Assembly: GCA_030141605.1 (NCBI GenBank)
Contig: JAQGDQ010000546.1
Coordinates: 62,001-126,000, forward strand
Reading direction: 5' to 3'
Source of the DNA: Tubiluchus corallicola
Taxonomy: Eukaryota > Animalia > Priapulida
DNA length: 64,000 nucleotides
Shown in pieces: positions 1 to 42,038 of the stretch. Made by a program: the position numbers and the translations under genes. The notes beneath the pieces were generated by a model. It had not been told where the DNA came from. It did not search any database and was given only the letters and a program-made list of their open reading frames with translations. Each line of letters opens with the position of its first letter. The first letter of the stretch is position 1.

Positions 1-336
1 GATAAAATAAACTTTGACAATGTTATATAAGTTGATGTGTCAGTGGAAAGCAAACAGTTTTGTAGAATGTTACAGGTAATTTTTTAGTTCAGAAGTATAT
101 TGCTCATCCTAATTTTCAAGATTATTAGTTTTTCACATTCTTATTAACAGTTTAACCTTGTTTTATATGTACTGTTTTGAAATTTTGGGTGAAAGAAGTC
201 AAGGAGGATACAAACTCAATGGAGAAGCCCCAATCAACACAAACTTCAGCTCTGCGATTTGCACTTTGACTAAAGCATACTAATTTTTTCTAAGGCACAC
301 ATACAAAAATGCAAATATATGTTAGACTCTTAGTAC

Positions 337-3300
337 ATGTTTTGTTGGAAGCTCTTTGACAACATTTCTCGTAAGAATAGTCGCACAGTCCACCAATGTG
401 TAGAGGTTCACATGACAGTCCAGCTGATTCTGACAGCACTCTACCCAATAAGCAACAATCACAACATTCCTTCAAATAAACACAAAACAAAACACACTAA
501 TTAATACAGTGCCAAATAAATTGTTATCAAAAACTATAAATGGCTATAAAATGCATTTGAAGTCAAGGCATCCCGAACTTTCATTACAACTATTTTGCTT
601 GTTTATAAAATTGCAATTCAAATGCCAAAGCAATCTTGATGTTTCGAATGTAAATGCCTGTACATATGATTTGCCTAATTTGCAAACAAAAATTTTGAGA
701 AAAAGTATAACACTGTATAGTCTGTAATGCTAAGGCCGACAATAAAATTACTTTTGTTTCTGTCTAATCGCTTGGGTAATATTTTTTTATCATACACTTT
801 ATAATTTTTTTGGGCACTCATATACAATTTAAAACGTAAAACGCAATAATTATTATAACATCTTTCTTTTGGGGAACGCAGGATGCAGCCATGTTTTCCT
901 ATGGCTAACTCTCGGCCAGAGTTGCCATTTTGTATGGTGCTCATTGATTGAAGGTTAAAAAGTATCGAATTTTCCACCAAATTGGTGTATTAACGGCCGA
1001 GTTCTGTTGCCGCTTTTGCCATAATTATCAAAACATACGTATGTTCATGGCACAAAAAAGAGACTATACAATAATCGATAATTATATGATAATTTAGTAA
1101 TGCGAAACAAAAAAACTTAGTATAGCGTGAAAAAACGTGCAAAATTAAAACAATACTGCTAACCAGTGGGAAATAAACAAACTTTGATTTCAACTGATTT
1201 TAAATATTCCACAATTCAGCTTTAAACATTCACGAACCTTTAAAGAAATTTTTTTGAAAAAATATTTTTTCCTCTTTCGCTACTGACATCTTTTGAGCTC
1301 ATGATGTAAGACAGAAACAAATTCTTTTGTGGTCGGACTAACTGTAATTAAACGGAAGCTATTTCATAATATTGTATTATGAAAACACATGCAAGTGCAA
1401 CAGGCTTAGCCTCGCCAGATACTGAATCAAGAAATCAGGAACAATTTACATAGGCTAATCAGCTAGAGCCACGGGGGGTGGGGGTCATAAGCTCCCATGT
1501 GCAGCGAGGGGTATTCACTATTGCACTCAGTAAAATTTAAAATTAGGCAGATTGAATTACATGTACAGTATGATACATGAAAATAAGATTGAAATATACA
1601 CTAAATCACAAAAGCACTTTAAAATGCAACTGAATAGCGAATCATGCAACCATAGTACGTCCATGGACTATGGCATCAACAGCGACAAAGCTGGAAAATG
1701 TGTTTTGTATATATTACTCTGTTTTTATTTGTGAAAACATTTATGAGCAAATCAGGGCAAAAATTGGAGACAATTAATAAGGGGAAATAGGCTGAAAAAA
1801 AACAATCCCAGAAAAAATGGGACATACTTAAATGTTTTCATACCAATTTTAATATAACTTTTTAAAATTACCTCATTGTGAAAAAATATATTCTGACAAC
1901 CTGATGACTCCTAAAGTGTCATTTTATGTAATTTATTATTTTGTTTATGTCAAAAGCTTAATTTTGTCTGAACACGCCGCAGCTCCAGCAATTGCTGCTG
2001 TCATAATAAAAAAATGTCTACTCCTTTGTCCCAGTTTGGATACTAATTTGCAAACCCTGATGAGATTACGTGCAGCATCTCGTCATCAACTCAAAATTAC
2101 TGTGAACAACAGAAAATTTGATAAATGAAAAGAGCAGCTGGTACCAGCTATAAGCTACACCAATATTCAAGAATCAAAATCATAAATTCGAACCTTACGA
2201 ATTAAGCTCCCTTCCAGATTCTGTGGTACCAAACACTGATTCTGGCTCTCAGCTAGTTCTATTCCAGCATCACAGATCTTGTGTTCAATGTTTCTACGGC
2301 AACAAACACCTCGGATAAGCTGGCACACCTCTTGGTCACTGTCCTACGTCGTATGACAAAAGAAAATCAATTTTAATGAGCAAACAGCGTAAGCAATGCA
2401 AAAATAAGTTACCGTAAGCTTTACCATCCAAAAGTACAAAAATCAGATTTATAAGTTAAAGGTATAGGCGCTATATATTACACATTCCCACCCCTTACTT
2501 TTTTCGGACTATTATATATATAATCAACTGTTTTTGCCATAAAAATCGATATTCATAAGCATAAAAGCATAAAAGAACACCGCAGCATGAGAATAAAAAT
2601 TCACACAACTGTTAAAGGCAAATGCATCCAGTGCAAACTAAAAACTACTGTGCCAAAAATTTAAAACAAAATATATATTACAATGTTGCATGCAAATTAT
2701 AATAGACTATATACCATATATACATACAATTTAAAATGGACGTGGGTAAATAAAATTTGCGGATGAATATATATTATCGTTTGCCGTATGTAGGGTTTTC
2801 AAAACGATTTAATGTATGTATTTTTAATTTGATGGCAGAGCATTCCAAAGTTGAACTCCTTGTTTAGTGATAGAATTGTTACCGTATTTGTTATTAGTGC
2901 ATGTTTGTTTAACATTGTGTGTTCTTGGATTTAGTGTTGGCTCCAAGAGGAGTGGAAGCTTATTTTTGATGAAGGGCATGTTAATATTGTTGATGTATTT
3001 ATATAAAAACAGGATTGTGTAGAAGCCTTTATGTGCTTGTAAAATTGGGATTTTAAACATTGTTCTTAATTCTGTTGCAGAGGTTTCATTTGTGATGAGA
3101 GACGTTTTATTTGAATAGCCAGAGATTAATCTTAAGGCATAATTTTGAAGACTATTTACTTTGTTATAGCTGTCTCTTGAAACTTCATGAAAAAGTGTGC
3201 ATCCGTATAGTGCGGTAGAATGAGAGTTTTAAAAATTAATAACTTTGTCTGTTTAGTTAGCTGAACCTTTTACCTGCCGTAAGTAGGGCGTTCCACATGC

Positions 3301-6300
3301 CATTTCATCGTAAATTTTATTAAAGTGGTTATCCCAAGAAAGTTTATTATCTACACAGATACCAAGGAAACATACATTGTTTTTCTGTTTTATTATGCTA
3401 TTTTCATTTTTTATTGAATATTAGTTATATTGTCATTTGAGAACAGGGAAAGGACCATGAAATCCATTTTGGTGCTATTTAATTTAAGTTTTAGATGGGT
3501 AAATGCTATGTTAATGTTTGCGATATCCTGTTCTAAAAGTCGTTGAGCTGTTGCTAGATTTTCGTGGTCTAAATATATAGTTGTGTCGTCAACATACTGT
3601 GTTATATTACAATGTGTTAGTGTTTTAGATATATTATTAATATAAAGACAGAAAAGTAAGGGACCCAAAAGTGTGCCTTGTGGTATGCCCTGCTGTAATG
3701 TTAGCCATTCTGAGACGGTATTTGTAGATAATTTAACTCTTTGTTTTCTGTTTCTCAAGTAACTGTTCATGAGCTTTAATGAAGTTGCATTAAATCCTAA
3801 TGATTTTAAATTGTCTTTCAAAAGATTGTGGTGTAGGCTATCAAAGGCGTTACTTAAGTCTAAAAATGCGGCTACAACATATTTATTTTCATTTAAATTT
3901 GATCTCCAGTTTTCAGTTGCATGTATGATGGCATCAATAGTAGAGTGTTTTCGTCTAAAACCAAATTGATGTTTACTAAGTATATTGTTAGTGTTTATAT
4001 ATGAATTCATTTGTTCATATAGTACTTTTTCCAGAATTTTTCGAAAACAATAAACAAAGGATGCAGGCCGGTAATTAACAGGGTCAGTAGATGAGTCTTT
4101 TTTTTGTGGACCGGTGTTACATTGGCTAGCTTTAAAATACTGGGGAATTCACTGTGCATGATCATTTGGTTTGTAATGTAGGCAGCATAAGATGCTATTA
4201 TATTGGTGCTGTCATTTAATATCTTCATAGGTATTTCAGATGCGCCACTACCTTTGTTATTATCTAGTTTAACTAAGATTTTAAATATTTCAATTGTGGT
4301 AATGGTGGAAAACGAAAAGTTTTAATTTCGAAATTATGTTACTGTAGTTACTGTTATGATTAGATGGCCAGCAGAAATTTCCCAAATTAATGAAAGTAGC
4401 ATAAAGGGCATTTGCAATATCTTTAGTTTTCTTTATTGCTTTGTTGTCAATTATACATTCAGTGATATGGGTTTGCTTGTTTTTATATCTGTTAATGACA
4501 TTATTAATTATTTCCCATTTATCTTTAGAAGAGGTTGCATTATTACACTGTTGCTGTACATATTTGTTTTTAAAAGATTTGTTTAGATTATTAAATGAAT
4601 TTCTCACTTTTTTATAGTTATTATAATTATGTCTAGATTTGGTAGTTGTCCACAATTTTTTAAGTATTGTTTCATTGTTCTTAGTAAATCCAGTTCTTGA
4701 GTAATCCAAAGACTTTTAGTATTTCGCTTATGTTCGTGTTGAGCAAACGTTTTTATACGTTTATAGAGGGTGTGCAAATTAAGACAGTATTCAATATTAT
4801 TTGTAATAAGTTCAACTTGGGCATCAACATTAGTAGTGTAATAGATTTCTTTCCAACTCATTTTAGCTAAATCGACAAGAAAATATGTCTTATTGAATTG
4901 TTTGTAGTCTCTTATAAGTTTGTATGATGGATTTGAGTCAAAATTCGATGAGGGGGATTTTTGATCCACTATAATAACAAAATTATGATCAGAATAATCA
5001 CAACGGCAGCTGTTGTGGGACACAAATTTTGTATTGTCATCTGAGATGAAGTGGTCAATTAATGTAAATGATGCTTTAGATATTATTGTCGGTTTGTCAT
5101 TTATTACATTTAGATAGAATTTATTTAATAGTTCAATGTATTGTTTGCATTCAGGACTGTTGGTATTATTAATGTCAATGTTAAAATCTCCCATTATAAG
5201 GATATGCTTGTTTTCAAAAACAGCTCGTTCAAGTTCGACCGAAAAATGTTTTAAGGTTTCATATTTTTGATTTGTGGGCCTGTAAATAATTCCAACTAGG
5301 TAATCTTCTATGTTGCACCATAAAGTTTCGATTTTATTACTTCTTATGCCTTTTGCTTCAGTTGATTTGAAATGTGCTGGGATCTAAATTGCTACCCTCC
5401 TCCTTTTTCGAATTGCATCTGTCTTTTCGCATTAAGATGTGCTTAGGTAATTGTAAAGATTTGATTGATATTTTTTGTTCAACCAAGTTTCGGTGATACC
5501 AATTCCTAGGTTTTCGGATGCGTGTACAGTATCTTTGAGTAGCCAGTGTTTTTTTGTTAAACTTTGAATATTAATATTAAGAAACTTTATGTTTTTCTTG
5601 AATTTATTAATAAAATTGTTTAATTCTAGAGATAAATTGTTATTATTGTGTGTATTGTTGCTGCTACTGTTGACGTTGTTGTTAATGGGCCCTGGGTTTG
5701 ATTCTATACAACCTATAAAGAGTAATATACTTAAAATAATTAATTTAAATGCCAAGTTGAAGATTTTAAAGAAAAGATTTAAGCACAATTTGCGGCAATA
5801 GCAATGCAGCACTGAACGCATTTGCCTTTTCAGGAAGTACACAGAGTTAAAAACATTTTTTACAAGTAGTTTAACGTTAAAATTAAAGTCAAAATCATTA
5901 AAATAGGGCCAATTTTTAAGTTTAAAACTATGATAATTACTAATTATCACAGGTAAATTGGTGCTGCCATTGTACCGCTGCATATCGAAGCAATAAATAA
6001 AATTTTATGGGAATTACATTTAGCTTTCACACATATTTGAAATAAAAATTAAGATCTGTATTACAGTACTTATTAAGTCAAGACTATAAAGCACAGCATC
6101 GGGATTAAGGCAACATGGTCCACTACTAAAATATATGAAATTATTACGCTTAGGTTTATCAGCACCATAATTAACTTACTATTGTGTGACTTAGAAAGAG
6201 TAACGTAAATTATGCCATTTGGACTGATTGCCAATAGGCTAATGTTAACGATAACATTTCATCATTAATGGGTACATTATATGAAGTACAGACAGCACTA

Positions 6301-8782
6301 AGTAGTAGCATAAATAGCAAAACCGTTATTTTTAAACTGAACATAAAAGCGTCAATAACAATGAAATTCAATCGGGAAACTCGGAATAAATTTGTCTGCT
6401 ACAACGGCAGTTTCTTAACATAAAATCCTAGCATTAACTAAGGCATTAATAGCGAATAAACCATAAAGTAAAAACTCATTTCGCAATTATTACTGACAGC
6501 TAAACCAGGCGACGGCAGCTGCATTACCCATGCTTTGAATTCACTTACTGACTGACGCACAATGCCCAAGTGTCAGTGACTGAATGTGGGCATGTATGCC
6601 AGTTAATTCTCAACGATCTGTATTTTTCATTTGGCCGCGGTAAACGCTGACGTTTAAGGAGTGTCGTATACCAACTACCAATGCGCATTCTTACTAACAT
6701 TGTGTACCAAAATTGTTACTAATGTTGATTGCTTTATTGGATGTTTTTAATATAGATCAGCACATTAAAATACTTTTACAGCTCATCGAGTATTTTACCA
6801 CACAGCTGCAGGGAGAATTAAATAATTTTTGTGACAGGACAAGACTCTACTTCAATTTTACAGATGTTGAGACTAATGAGACACTTGGATGATAAGTTGA
6901 AATGACAGAGGTCTCTTAAGTAGGTCCGGCTAGGTGCGAATCTTTCCCGAACGAGATAAACAGCTGAAAACGGTACATTAGAAGAATAACTGAAATGCAA
7001 TTGTTTTTCAAGCAACCACCCATGTATGCACTAACCTAACTCAGGAAAGCACAACTTTTGTTGTTTAAAACATGTTATGGCTACTCAGTGATTTCATTTA
7101 CAAAGTGGAAAAGGGAATGATGCACAACTGAAGACTCGTTAACTCCAATAATGACTAATAATAAAATCATGTCAGTTGAAGCTTTTCTCCTAAACTGAAA
7201 TCTGCACAGATAAGAACAATATCAGACTTACTTGCACACCTTCTATGGGAGTTTGCATTCCAATACAATGTTGGTTATCTGCATAAAAGTCGCGTCCTCT
7301 TTCACAGCATGGGTTCAACATTTGTAAATTGAACGCACCTGTGGAAATGTGACACACTTAGACTCTTAACTCTTAGCTGCTTCAAAATAATTTATTATAA
7401 TTACGTTTTTTAAATTAATAATTTATTAAGACAGAGTAAAAATTTAATGTAAAGTGCTTTTCATCTACATGTAACTTATCACAAGCAAATAGAGCCATAA
7501 ACATTTCTTAATAATGTTCGTGCGTTATAGCACATTTGCCTTACTAGTAGTCAAATAAAAATGCACCTGTATTGCATGAGATCGACTAAACCATAGGACT
7601 AGGTTACAACAGATCGAAAGATCACTTCATTTAGGTAGACTATGACTAACTTTGGTTCAAACCATTTTGAGCCTATGTCCTGTGGGCCTACGTCCAGATG
7701 TTACTACAGGTACGCTGTTACGAACCTGTATTACTTCAAATAGCCTGATAAATTTGCTATTAACAGTATCATCATAAATTCAGTAAGCTGGACATTATTT
7801 TGAAGCCGCTTGTTAATGTATGGAAAGATCATGGACAACTATAACAGACGGGGTCTGCTGTATTAGACTGCTGATACTTATAACTGTTATAAGCCTAATT
7901 ATTGCATAATGTATCTGGTCCGGTATTCACTGAATTGTTTGCCCAACTACTCACTGAGATAAAAAAAAAATTAAATTTGGCATACTGGTAGCAGACACTC
8001 ACAAGATTTCGTAATTCACGTAATTATTCGTCATCTTAGAAAATTGGGTTAGGTGGGCCACATGTATAAAGGTCAATGGTCACGAAATTCGGGTCAGGAA
8101 CCTGTTACTTTGCAGGCTTGTTGGGAATGTGCGTAGTAAGACCGTGATGGTTTATATCAATAGAAGGCTGCAAAAATGTACAGTTGTTGCAGTGGTATTG
8201 TGCTTGTTATAGGGTTACTTCCTAAAGTTGTCATTTCTATTGTTTCCGTTAGATCTTTAAAAATTTTCTGCATAGTCTTCAATAATTATTCACACAATTT
8301 TAACATAGGGATCATGTAGACGTCATGTGTGCGAGTACAAATGCACGAGCACTATCATTAAGTATTAAGTAACAAGTTACAGCACGGGACAAACTTAGCC
8401 TATTCATAGTAATATGGATTATTAATTATCAGGCGCCAACGATCGCGTATTTCGCTAATCACGATGTGCGGTATACGCACATACCAAGAGGCGCATTCTA
8501 GCTGCATCAATTTTTTCTGATCAGTTGCAGCCTATAATTGCTTTAATTAATAAAAGGTAGTATATATGTTTGATAAAACTTGAGATTGTCACAGTAAGAC
8601 CCAATAATTACGTCATTGCCATGACTATAGGTCTAAATAATAAAATAAAAGCGAACGAAAAAAGTTAACATAGATAATCGCTGAGAAAATTAATTTTTGT
8701 ATACCATGATAATATTGTTACCTTTTGCTGTTGCGATTGCAAAGAATAAAACACTTGCGCTGACAGACATGAGTCTTTGCAT
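337..8782 (-). CDS. Fibulin (fibulin-1/2-like), 5' part: signal peptide plus three anaphylatoxin-like modules; gene continues beyond the left edge
   Basis: Four phase-compatible GT-AG exons: 8722-8782 (MQRLMSVSASVLFFAIATAKG, signal peptide-like), 7232-7338 (LNPCCERGRDFYADNQHC), 2194-2343 (CQLIRGVCCRRNIEHKICDAGIELAESQNQC), 337-469 (ECCDCCLLGRVLSESAGLSCEPLHIGGLCDYSYEKCC). Cys pattern matches the fibulin-1 anaphylatoxin repeats (e.g. CCHCCLLG...CC). Confidence 0.85.
730..1341. mobile_element. Non-autonomous DNA transposon (hAT-like MITE), copy 1
   Basis: Imperfect TIRs taaggccgacaataaaattacttttgtttctgtct / agacagaaacaaattcttttgtggtcggacta; near-perfect 8-bp flanking repeat ctgtaatg/ctgtaatt; second diverged copy at ~35558-36189. 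Confidence 0.7.
2780..5990 (-). mobile_element. Decayed non-LTR retrotransposon (CR1/L2-group LINE): AP endonuclease plus reverse transcriptase, frameshifted
   Basis: Consecutive minus-strand ORF pieces: APE motifs (NINIQSL, GITETWL, MGDFNID, LIDHF, SDH), RT motifs (QFGFR, FLDLSNAFDSL, GIPQGTLLGPLLF, YVDDT) and C-terminal LWNALP. Boundaries approximate. Confidence 0.9.
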
Positions 8783-11025
8783 TCTTGCACTGTGTCAAAA
8801 TCACCACCTTAACAGGACGTTCAAAACTTTTTCCGGTAATTACTACCACACTGAAAACTTCCTAAAAAACACTAGTTACTTATGTTCGCCTGTATAGTTT
8901 GCGTATGCAAAATTCTGCGATCAAAAAACGACAAATTTGTTGCGCTCCTTTGTTTAGAACTTGATAATAGACGCACTACTCCAAACGTTTTACACTCTCA
9001 CAAATACATGTTTGCTACTGATAACAAACATGCAAACGAATTCTTTTACCAGAGAAAGTTAACCCGTTTAGACCGTTCACTTGTTCGCACAGTTTCGCCT
9101 ATAAATCAATAGAAACTGTTCGAATTTTGTTCGACTAAAATGTTATGCATAGTATGAAGTTAACATAAGAAAATAAGGTCAGATATGAGAGCAGGACAAG
9201 TCAGCAATCCAAGAAGGCCCTATACAAAGTCACACACACACACATACTACACAAAACCACAGCGCGAAAGATCAGATAAGAATGATCAACAGAGTTGTGT
9301 ACTTTGTATTAGTGCAAGCCTCATGTAAGTGTACAGTGACTACCGCCAGAGCTGATTACAGGTATTCACAGGTAAGATGTTGTTCACTGGAAGGTTGTGC
9401 AAAAAATTCTCAAGATAGTGTTAAACAACTGTTAACCACATAGAATACAAGTGGTTAGTTATTCCAGATTTGAATTTCTTGTATTTTAATACCCATCAAG
9501 GTCTGCTTTGGGGTACCACTCATCAACAATAATAGAATTTTCTACATTCAATAGTGTTCTCTTGTTTTTGTTTTAAATGTAAATCATAACAATTATTATG
9601 TTAAAGTGAAATTTTGATACTAACTTGGTATCATGAAATAAAATGATTATCTAGATTCAATGAAATTCATTATTTGAAAAAAATACAAATATCCAAGCTA
9701 AATACAAACATTAAGTCAGTTTCAAGTTTAAACCATAACAATAATTTCACGAGAACCTCAGCTAAAACAAAACTGTAATGTGTAGAAATATATCACTTGA
9801 TTTTTTTTAGTTTAGCTGCAATAAATTTCAGAAAGGCACATTTTTGTTTTTATTGTTCAAAAATTTTAAAGAGTAACTCAGTGAGAAGACTGTTATTAGG
9901 TGGGAAATGAAGTCTAATAAGAAGTAGTAACATCAGTGAAACAGTAAACATGGCCGCTTTGTTTTTATTTTGGATGTTTCGGCTATCATAGCAGTCATTT
10001 TGAACGAGGATGTAAAAAATCCACTTTCAATGAAGAAGGCTGCTAGGGCAGCTGAAAAGTCCAAAATAAATTTCATTACTCGTTACATTTGGCTGTGTTT
10101 GCTGCTTCATTGATATTATTATCAAATCATTTAGATTAAAAAGAACTCCTACCGATCATGCTATTTTTAAATCAACTTCAACTTACGTATCACATAACAT
10201 CACATCATGACAACAAACACAGATATTTAAGTTGACTGATTTTACATGTAAATTTATTATGAGTCACAAAACGAATCATGATTTAGCAGCAACAATGAGC
10301 ACTATACGTACGATACTAAATTAATGAATAAACAAGCAAGAAGTAAGTCCTGTTTATATCCAATAACTATAAAGTTCTGCGGCACAGTATTACATCAAGT
10401 TACACATTAAAATCATAATTTATAACTTACAAAACATCAAATATAATCAAACTAAAAGAAGACAATAATTTTAGTTATAGCCAACAAGAAATAACACTGA
10501 AGAGTGGAAACTCGGTAAACTACTTTTCAAAATTCAGGACTTTTGTAAACAAATATGTACTGCATTTGTTGACTAACTGTGATAAAAATATCAATAAATA
10601 AACATGTACACATAATAAACTGCTGAAAATGCAAATGAGCTACACAAAAATTAAAGGAAATTGGTGACAAGGAAATAGATTCTAAAATATAATTACAATA
10701 AATAAAAAACACAATTAATTAGTAACAAGCTTCTCTGAAGAGTTAAGGCGAACATGTGCATCACAATTTAAGCCAAAGAATATTTAATTACTGTACAATT
10801 AAAATTCAAATTTAATACCAAATAAGCTTGTCCACTGACATTTTTCATCTTTCTATATACACACTCTACTTTTTATTTTTATAAATGCTACTTCACTAGC
10901 TGTCTTCACTAAAAAAGACAGAAAAAATTTGAAAAATTATGTTGATAACTTCAAGAGAGATGAGATAAACTATCAAAATGACTGAATATGAAAGGAGAAG
11001 TACATTTATTTTCTTCTGATCATGA

Positions 11026-38360
<27,335 letters not shown>

Positions 38361-38869
38361 TATGTCATTCTATATTTTCTACTCAGCCACGAGAATTGAT
38401 TATCAAACAAAGCTGATTGACGGCATAACGACGGCAATGAAGCGGGAGTCCAGTCACCAAGTGATCCAGTCAATCTGCAAACAAAACGATTATAACTACA
38501 ATAAGGACAGTTAAATTCAGTATGCTTTTATTTATGAAATAGCAAACTCAATTAAATGTATTTGCGCAACTAACTCTATTGGTATATCAAGTTATCAACA
38601 AACAAACTCGATCTTTTTTTATGAATTAATAAGCCTCTTCACAGTTTCGTTGTGTAGTAGTAGTAAATCTCCAGTAGTTATACATATAACTTTCGACACA
38701 AATAGTTCTTCGACTGTAATTGCAACAAATTGCACATACATTAGATGGTCATCAACACCTAGGTGGCTCCACTGGCAGGTTTTCTCACTATAATATGTAA
38801 TCCAGCATCCTTGTTATAGGCATATTCCAATTAGCATGATGATTAAACTTCAATGGATGATGTTTATAG

Positions 38870-40375
38870 TGTCTATCTAATTTTGATTTAAATGAATTTA
38901 CAGATGTTACTGTTTTCACATCACAGGGCAATCTATTCCAGATCTCTGTCATCGCACAAGAAAAATAGTCGTATTTACCAGTTTTGTGTGCAGTTCTTCA
39001 TTTATGAAGAATAGGGCCTGATCTTGCTGTGCGATGTACTTCTAATTTAACAGGACAATCATTATCACAGCTGTAAACTCTAGATACATATTTGTATGCA
39101 TCAATTAGTTGGCCACGTAAATGTCTAAAAGTTAATGTAGTTAAGCCTATTCGGTCTAACTGTCTTTCATATAACAAGTTCATTAATTCCGGTAACGTAT
39201 TGAAACATATTGGACAGCTTCGACAGGTCCACTATATATGCTCTAGGACTATTACTTCCATACTCCACTTTTGATCGCACAAATGCCACACACAGAAGTT
39301 TAAAAGTTTGCAGATCTAGGTACTTGAAATTCCTCCTTATTAAAGCATTGTTTCGTTTGGCATTCTTTGTGATTTCAGCTATGTGATCTTTAAAATTTAG
39401 TTTATTATCAAGTAATAATCCAAGGTCTTTCTCACAAGCACTAAAGTCCAATTGTGCCAGAATGCCACTTGCATCACACATTTTGTATTTATACTCACAT
39501 CTTGCTCCCACAGATACAACCTTACACTAGTTGGGATGGAACTGCATGCAATTTTCAACTGCCCAATCACAGAGCCCTTCTCAATCCAATTGAAGATCAT
39601 TATAGCTGGTAAACGAATCAGATTCAGACGAGATTTTGCTGTCGTCAGCAAAAAGACGAAGAGAGTTTCTCACACAAATAGGCAAGTCATTAATAAATAT
39701 CACAAATAAACACGAACCTAATACCGAGCTTCATGGTACACCACTAGTAATCAAGGACTCAGTCGATTTATAACCATCAACAAACGTACATTATCTTCTA
39801 TTTTCTAAGAAGTTAACTATCCACTGTAAAACTGAACTAGTTATACCATAGTTTTTAAGTTTCACAAACAGGAAGTGACGAGGTACAACATCAAATGTCT
39901 TTTTCAGGTCCAGTAATATTATATCAAAAGGCTTATTAGCATCTTTTAACTCACACCATGCATTGTAACATTGTAGCAGCTGTGTAACCATTGTTTTACT
40001 CTTAACAAACCCATGTTGTTCTTCACAAATAATGTTGTATCTTATCAGATGGTTCATTATATGCTTCTGCATGATTTTTTCTGTCACCATATCAATTGTA
40101 TTGAGTAAGCTAACTGGCCTGTCGTTCGATGGATCTGACTTGTCCCCTTTTTTATGAATGGAAGTAACCTGTGTCACTTTTCATTGTCCAGGTAACAGAC
40201 AATCAGCAAAAGACTAATCTGGTAAGGTGTATATAGGCTTGAAAGCACAATTCTATATTTATTTAAAATACGTGAATGGTAACTATCTGTAGCAGATTTG
40301 TTTACATTGAGATTTTATAACTCATAAAGCACTTTTTCTTCAGTTTGGAAACATTGTTGATATCAGGATATTGTT
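38870..40375 (-). mobile_element. Decayed CR1-like LINE reverse transcriptase 3' fragment
   Basis: IHKKGDKSDPSNDRPVSLL, EQHGFVK, ILLDLKKTFDVVP, broken GVP-GSVLG, EKDLGLLLD, FVRSKVEY, TLTFRHLRGQLIDAYK; several stops and frameshifts. Confidence 0.88.
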
Positions 40376-40699
40376 GCACTGTAGTTACTTCATAGTATGT
40401 TTTTGTGTTTTTCCTGTATGTTTACAGTTATTATGTGGTAGTGTAACAAGTTATGATAGTGACTGCCAGAGTACGTGTGATCCACTGTTTGTGAGGCGAA
40501 TGCTAAAGAGGCATATGTTACTACATCCACTACGTGTCGCATTGGCTAAATTTTGACAAAAAACTAATGGGGCACCTACTAATTGCTAATGTAAAAATAG
40601 AGTATTCACAATGTAAATGAATCTGCACAGAAAATGTAGACATTTACAAATTGAATTATGAAGTATATTAAACACAGTAATTCTAGCTATTGGCATAAT

Positions 40700-41924
40700 T
40701 GTAGAACTATGTAGTGGCCCCACTGACCAACGACTTAAACTGGTCACATGGGTCAGGTCAAATGCTTCAGATTAAACTACAAGCCTCAGAAGTGTCCGAG
40801 TACTTGCCATCAGGAAAACCAGGAAGTGCAGGAATGATTACGAGGTGAGACGCTGAGGATGCTGGATCGAATTGAGGAAGCTGGCAAAAATTAAGCAGCA
40901 GAGACTGCCAATGATACTTTCTCAGCATGAGCAAGCTTCTGTAACAATGTTTACAATGCGTCCTTAGATTCCAGTGAAAGGAAGGAGAAAAACAGATTGC
41001 TTCTCCCAAAATCTACTAGAAATCTCTCACCATTTGTAACAGCTAAGATGGCAACTCAAGAGAAGCTACTCCAGTGCCTTGTTCTAATCTGAGAGCAACT
41101 TTGCAGAAAACTACTAGATCTTGAAAGATGAATGAATGAAGAGTAAGACAGTTGAAATCTAGCACTCTGTGACATTCAGGATAATTATAAAGAGATTTTG
41201 TGAGGCTATGAGTTAGGCCAAGGAAGAAATCAGCATTCATTACTGGGCTAAGATTGATAGTAGATCATTCCACATTGCAAGTCTGGTAGGTGATATTGAG
41301 AGACCTCCTCCATTCGGATGCGCACTTCTTGCACATTCTAAGGAGAAATGGCAGATCACGACGACTCTGTCTGCATGTGTGACAAGAAACTTTGATCTAA
41401 TGGTGAGTGTTAAAAAGTCAGTGGTAATATTCCAGTCTTCTCCCCAAGCTGTTCTACCTCTTGCTGTTCCACTCAGCATTCTGTAAAACTTAAGAATAGA
41501 ATTGAAAAGTCTGGGCATGATTTGGTTGTCTTTAGGAAGAGTGTCAGACAGGTATGGCTTGTCCCTCAATATAAAAATAAAGGTGTGCTATAAAGAGTCA
41601 TACTGAGTAGTAATAAGAGACATGTCAGAAAGTTGGAGGCATGTCGACATATGTGCCTGTGGACAATAACAGAAATCACTCAATGAGATGAAGTCCAAAA
41701 CAAGAGACACATGAGAGAGCAAGCTGCCCTTTGGCACTTTGGGCAGATGGAAAATCATAAGATGCCCAAGCAAGTGCTCTTTGGTGAAATGACTGGAAAT
41801 TCAAAATATAAGACATCCCAAGGCTTCTGTAAAAGGGTCTCATTAAAGCTGAACCTCAAGAACACCGGAATTGCACAAGACAACTGGTAAACTCTGCCAG
41901 AAGATTGCACTGTTTGGAGTATCA

Positions 41925-41926
<2 letters not shown>
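40700..41926 (+). mobile_element. Heavily decayed RTE-like LINE 3' fragment
   Basis: Plus-strand translation near 41730-41925 gives HFGQMENHKMPKQVLFGEMTG and SLKLNLKNTGIAQDNW*TLPEDCTVW, resembling the RTE C-terminus (GH..RM...R.PKQ.L.GEL; W.TLA.DR..W). Left boundary uncertain. Confidence 0.6.
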
Positions 41927-42016
<90 letters not shown>

Positions 42017-42038
42017 GTTGTTGTTATTATTGTTATTA
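41927..42038. repeat. (ATT)n microsatellite with a few GTT units
   Basis: About 37 triplets, directly visible; immediately follows the RTE-like fragment. Confidence 0.97.
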
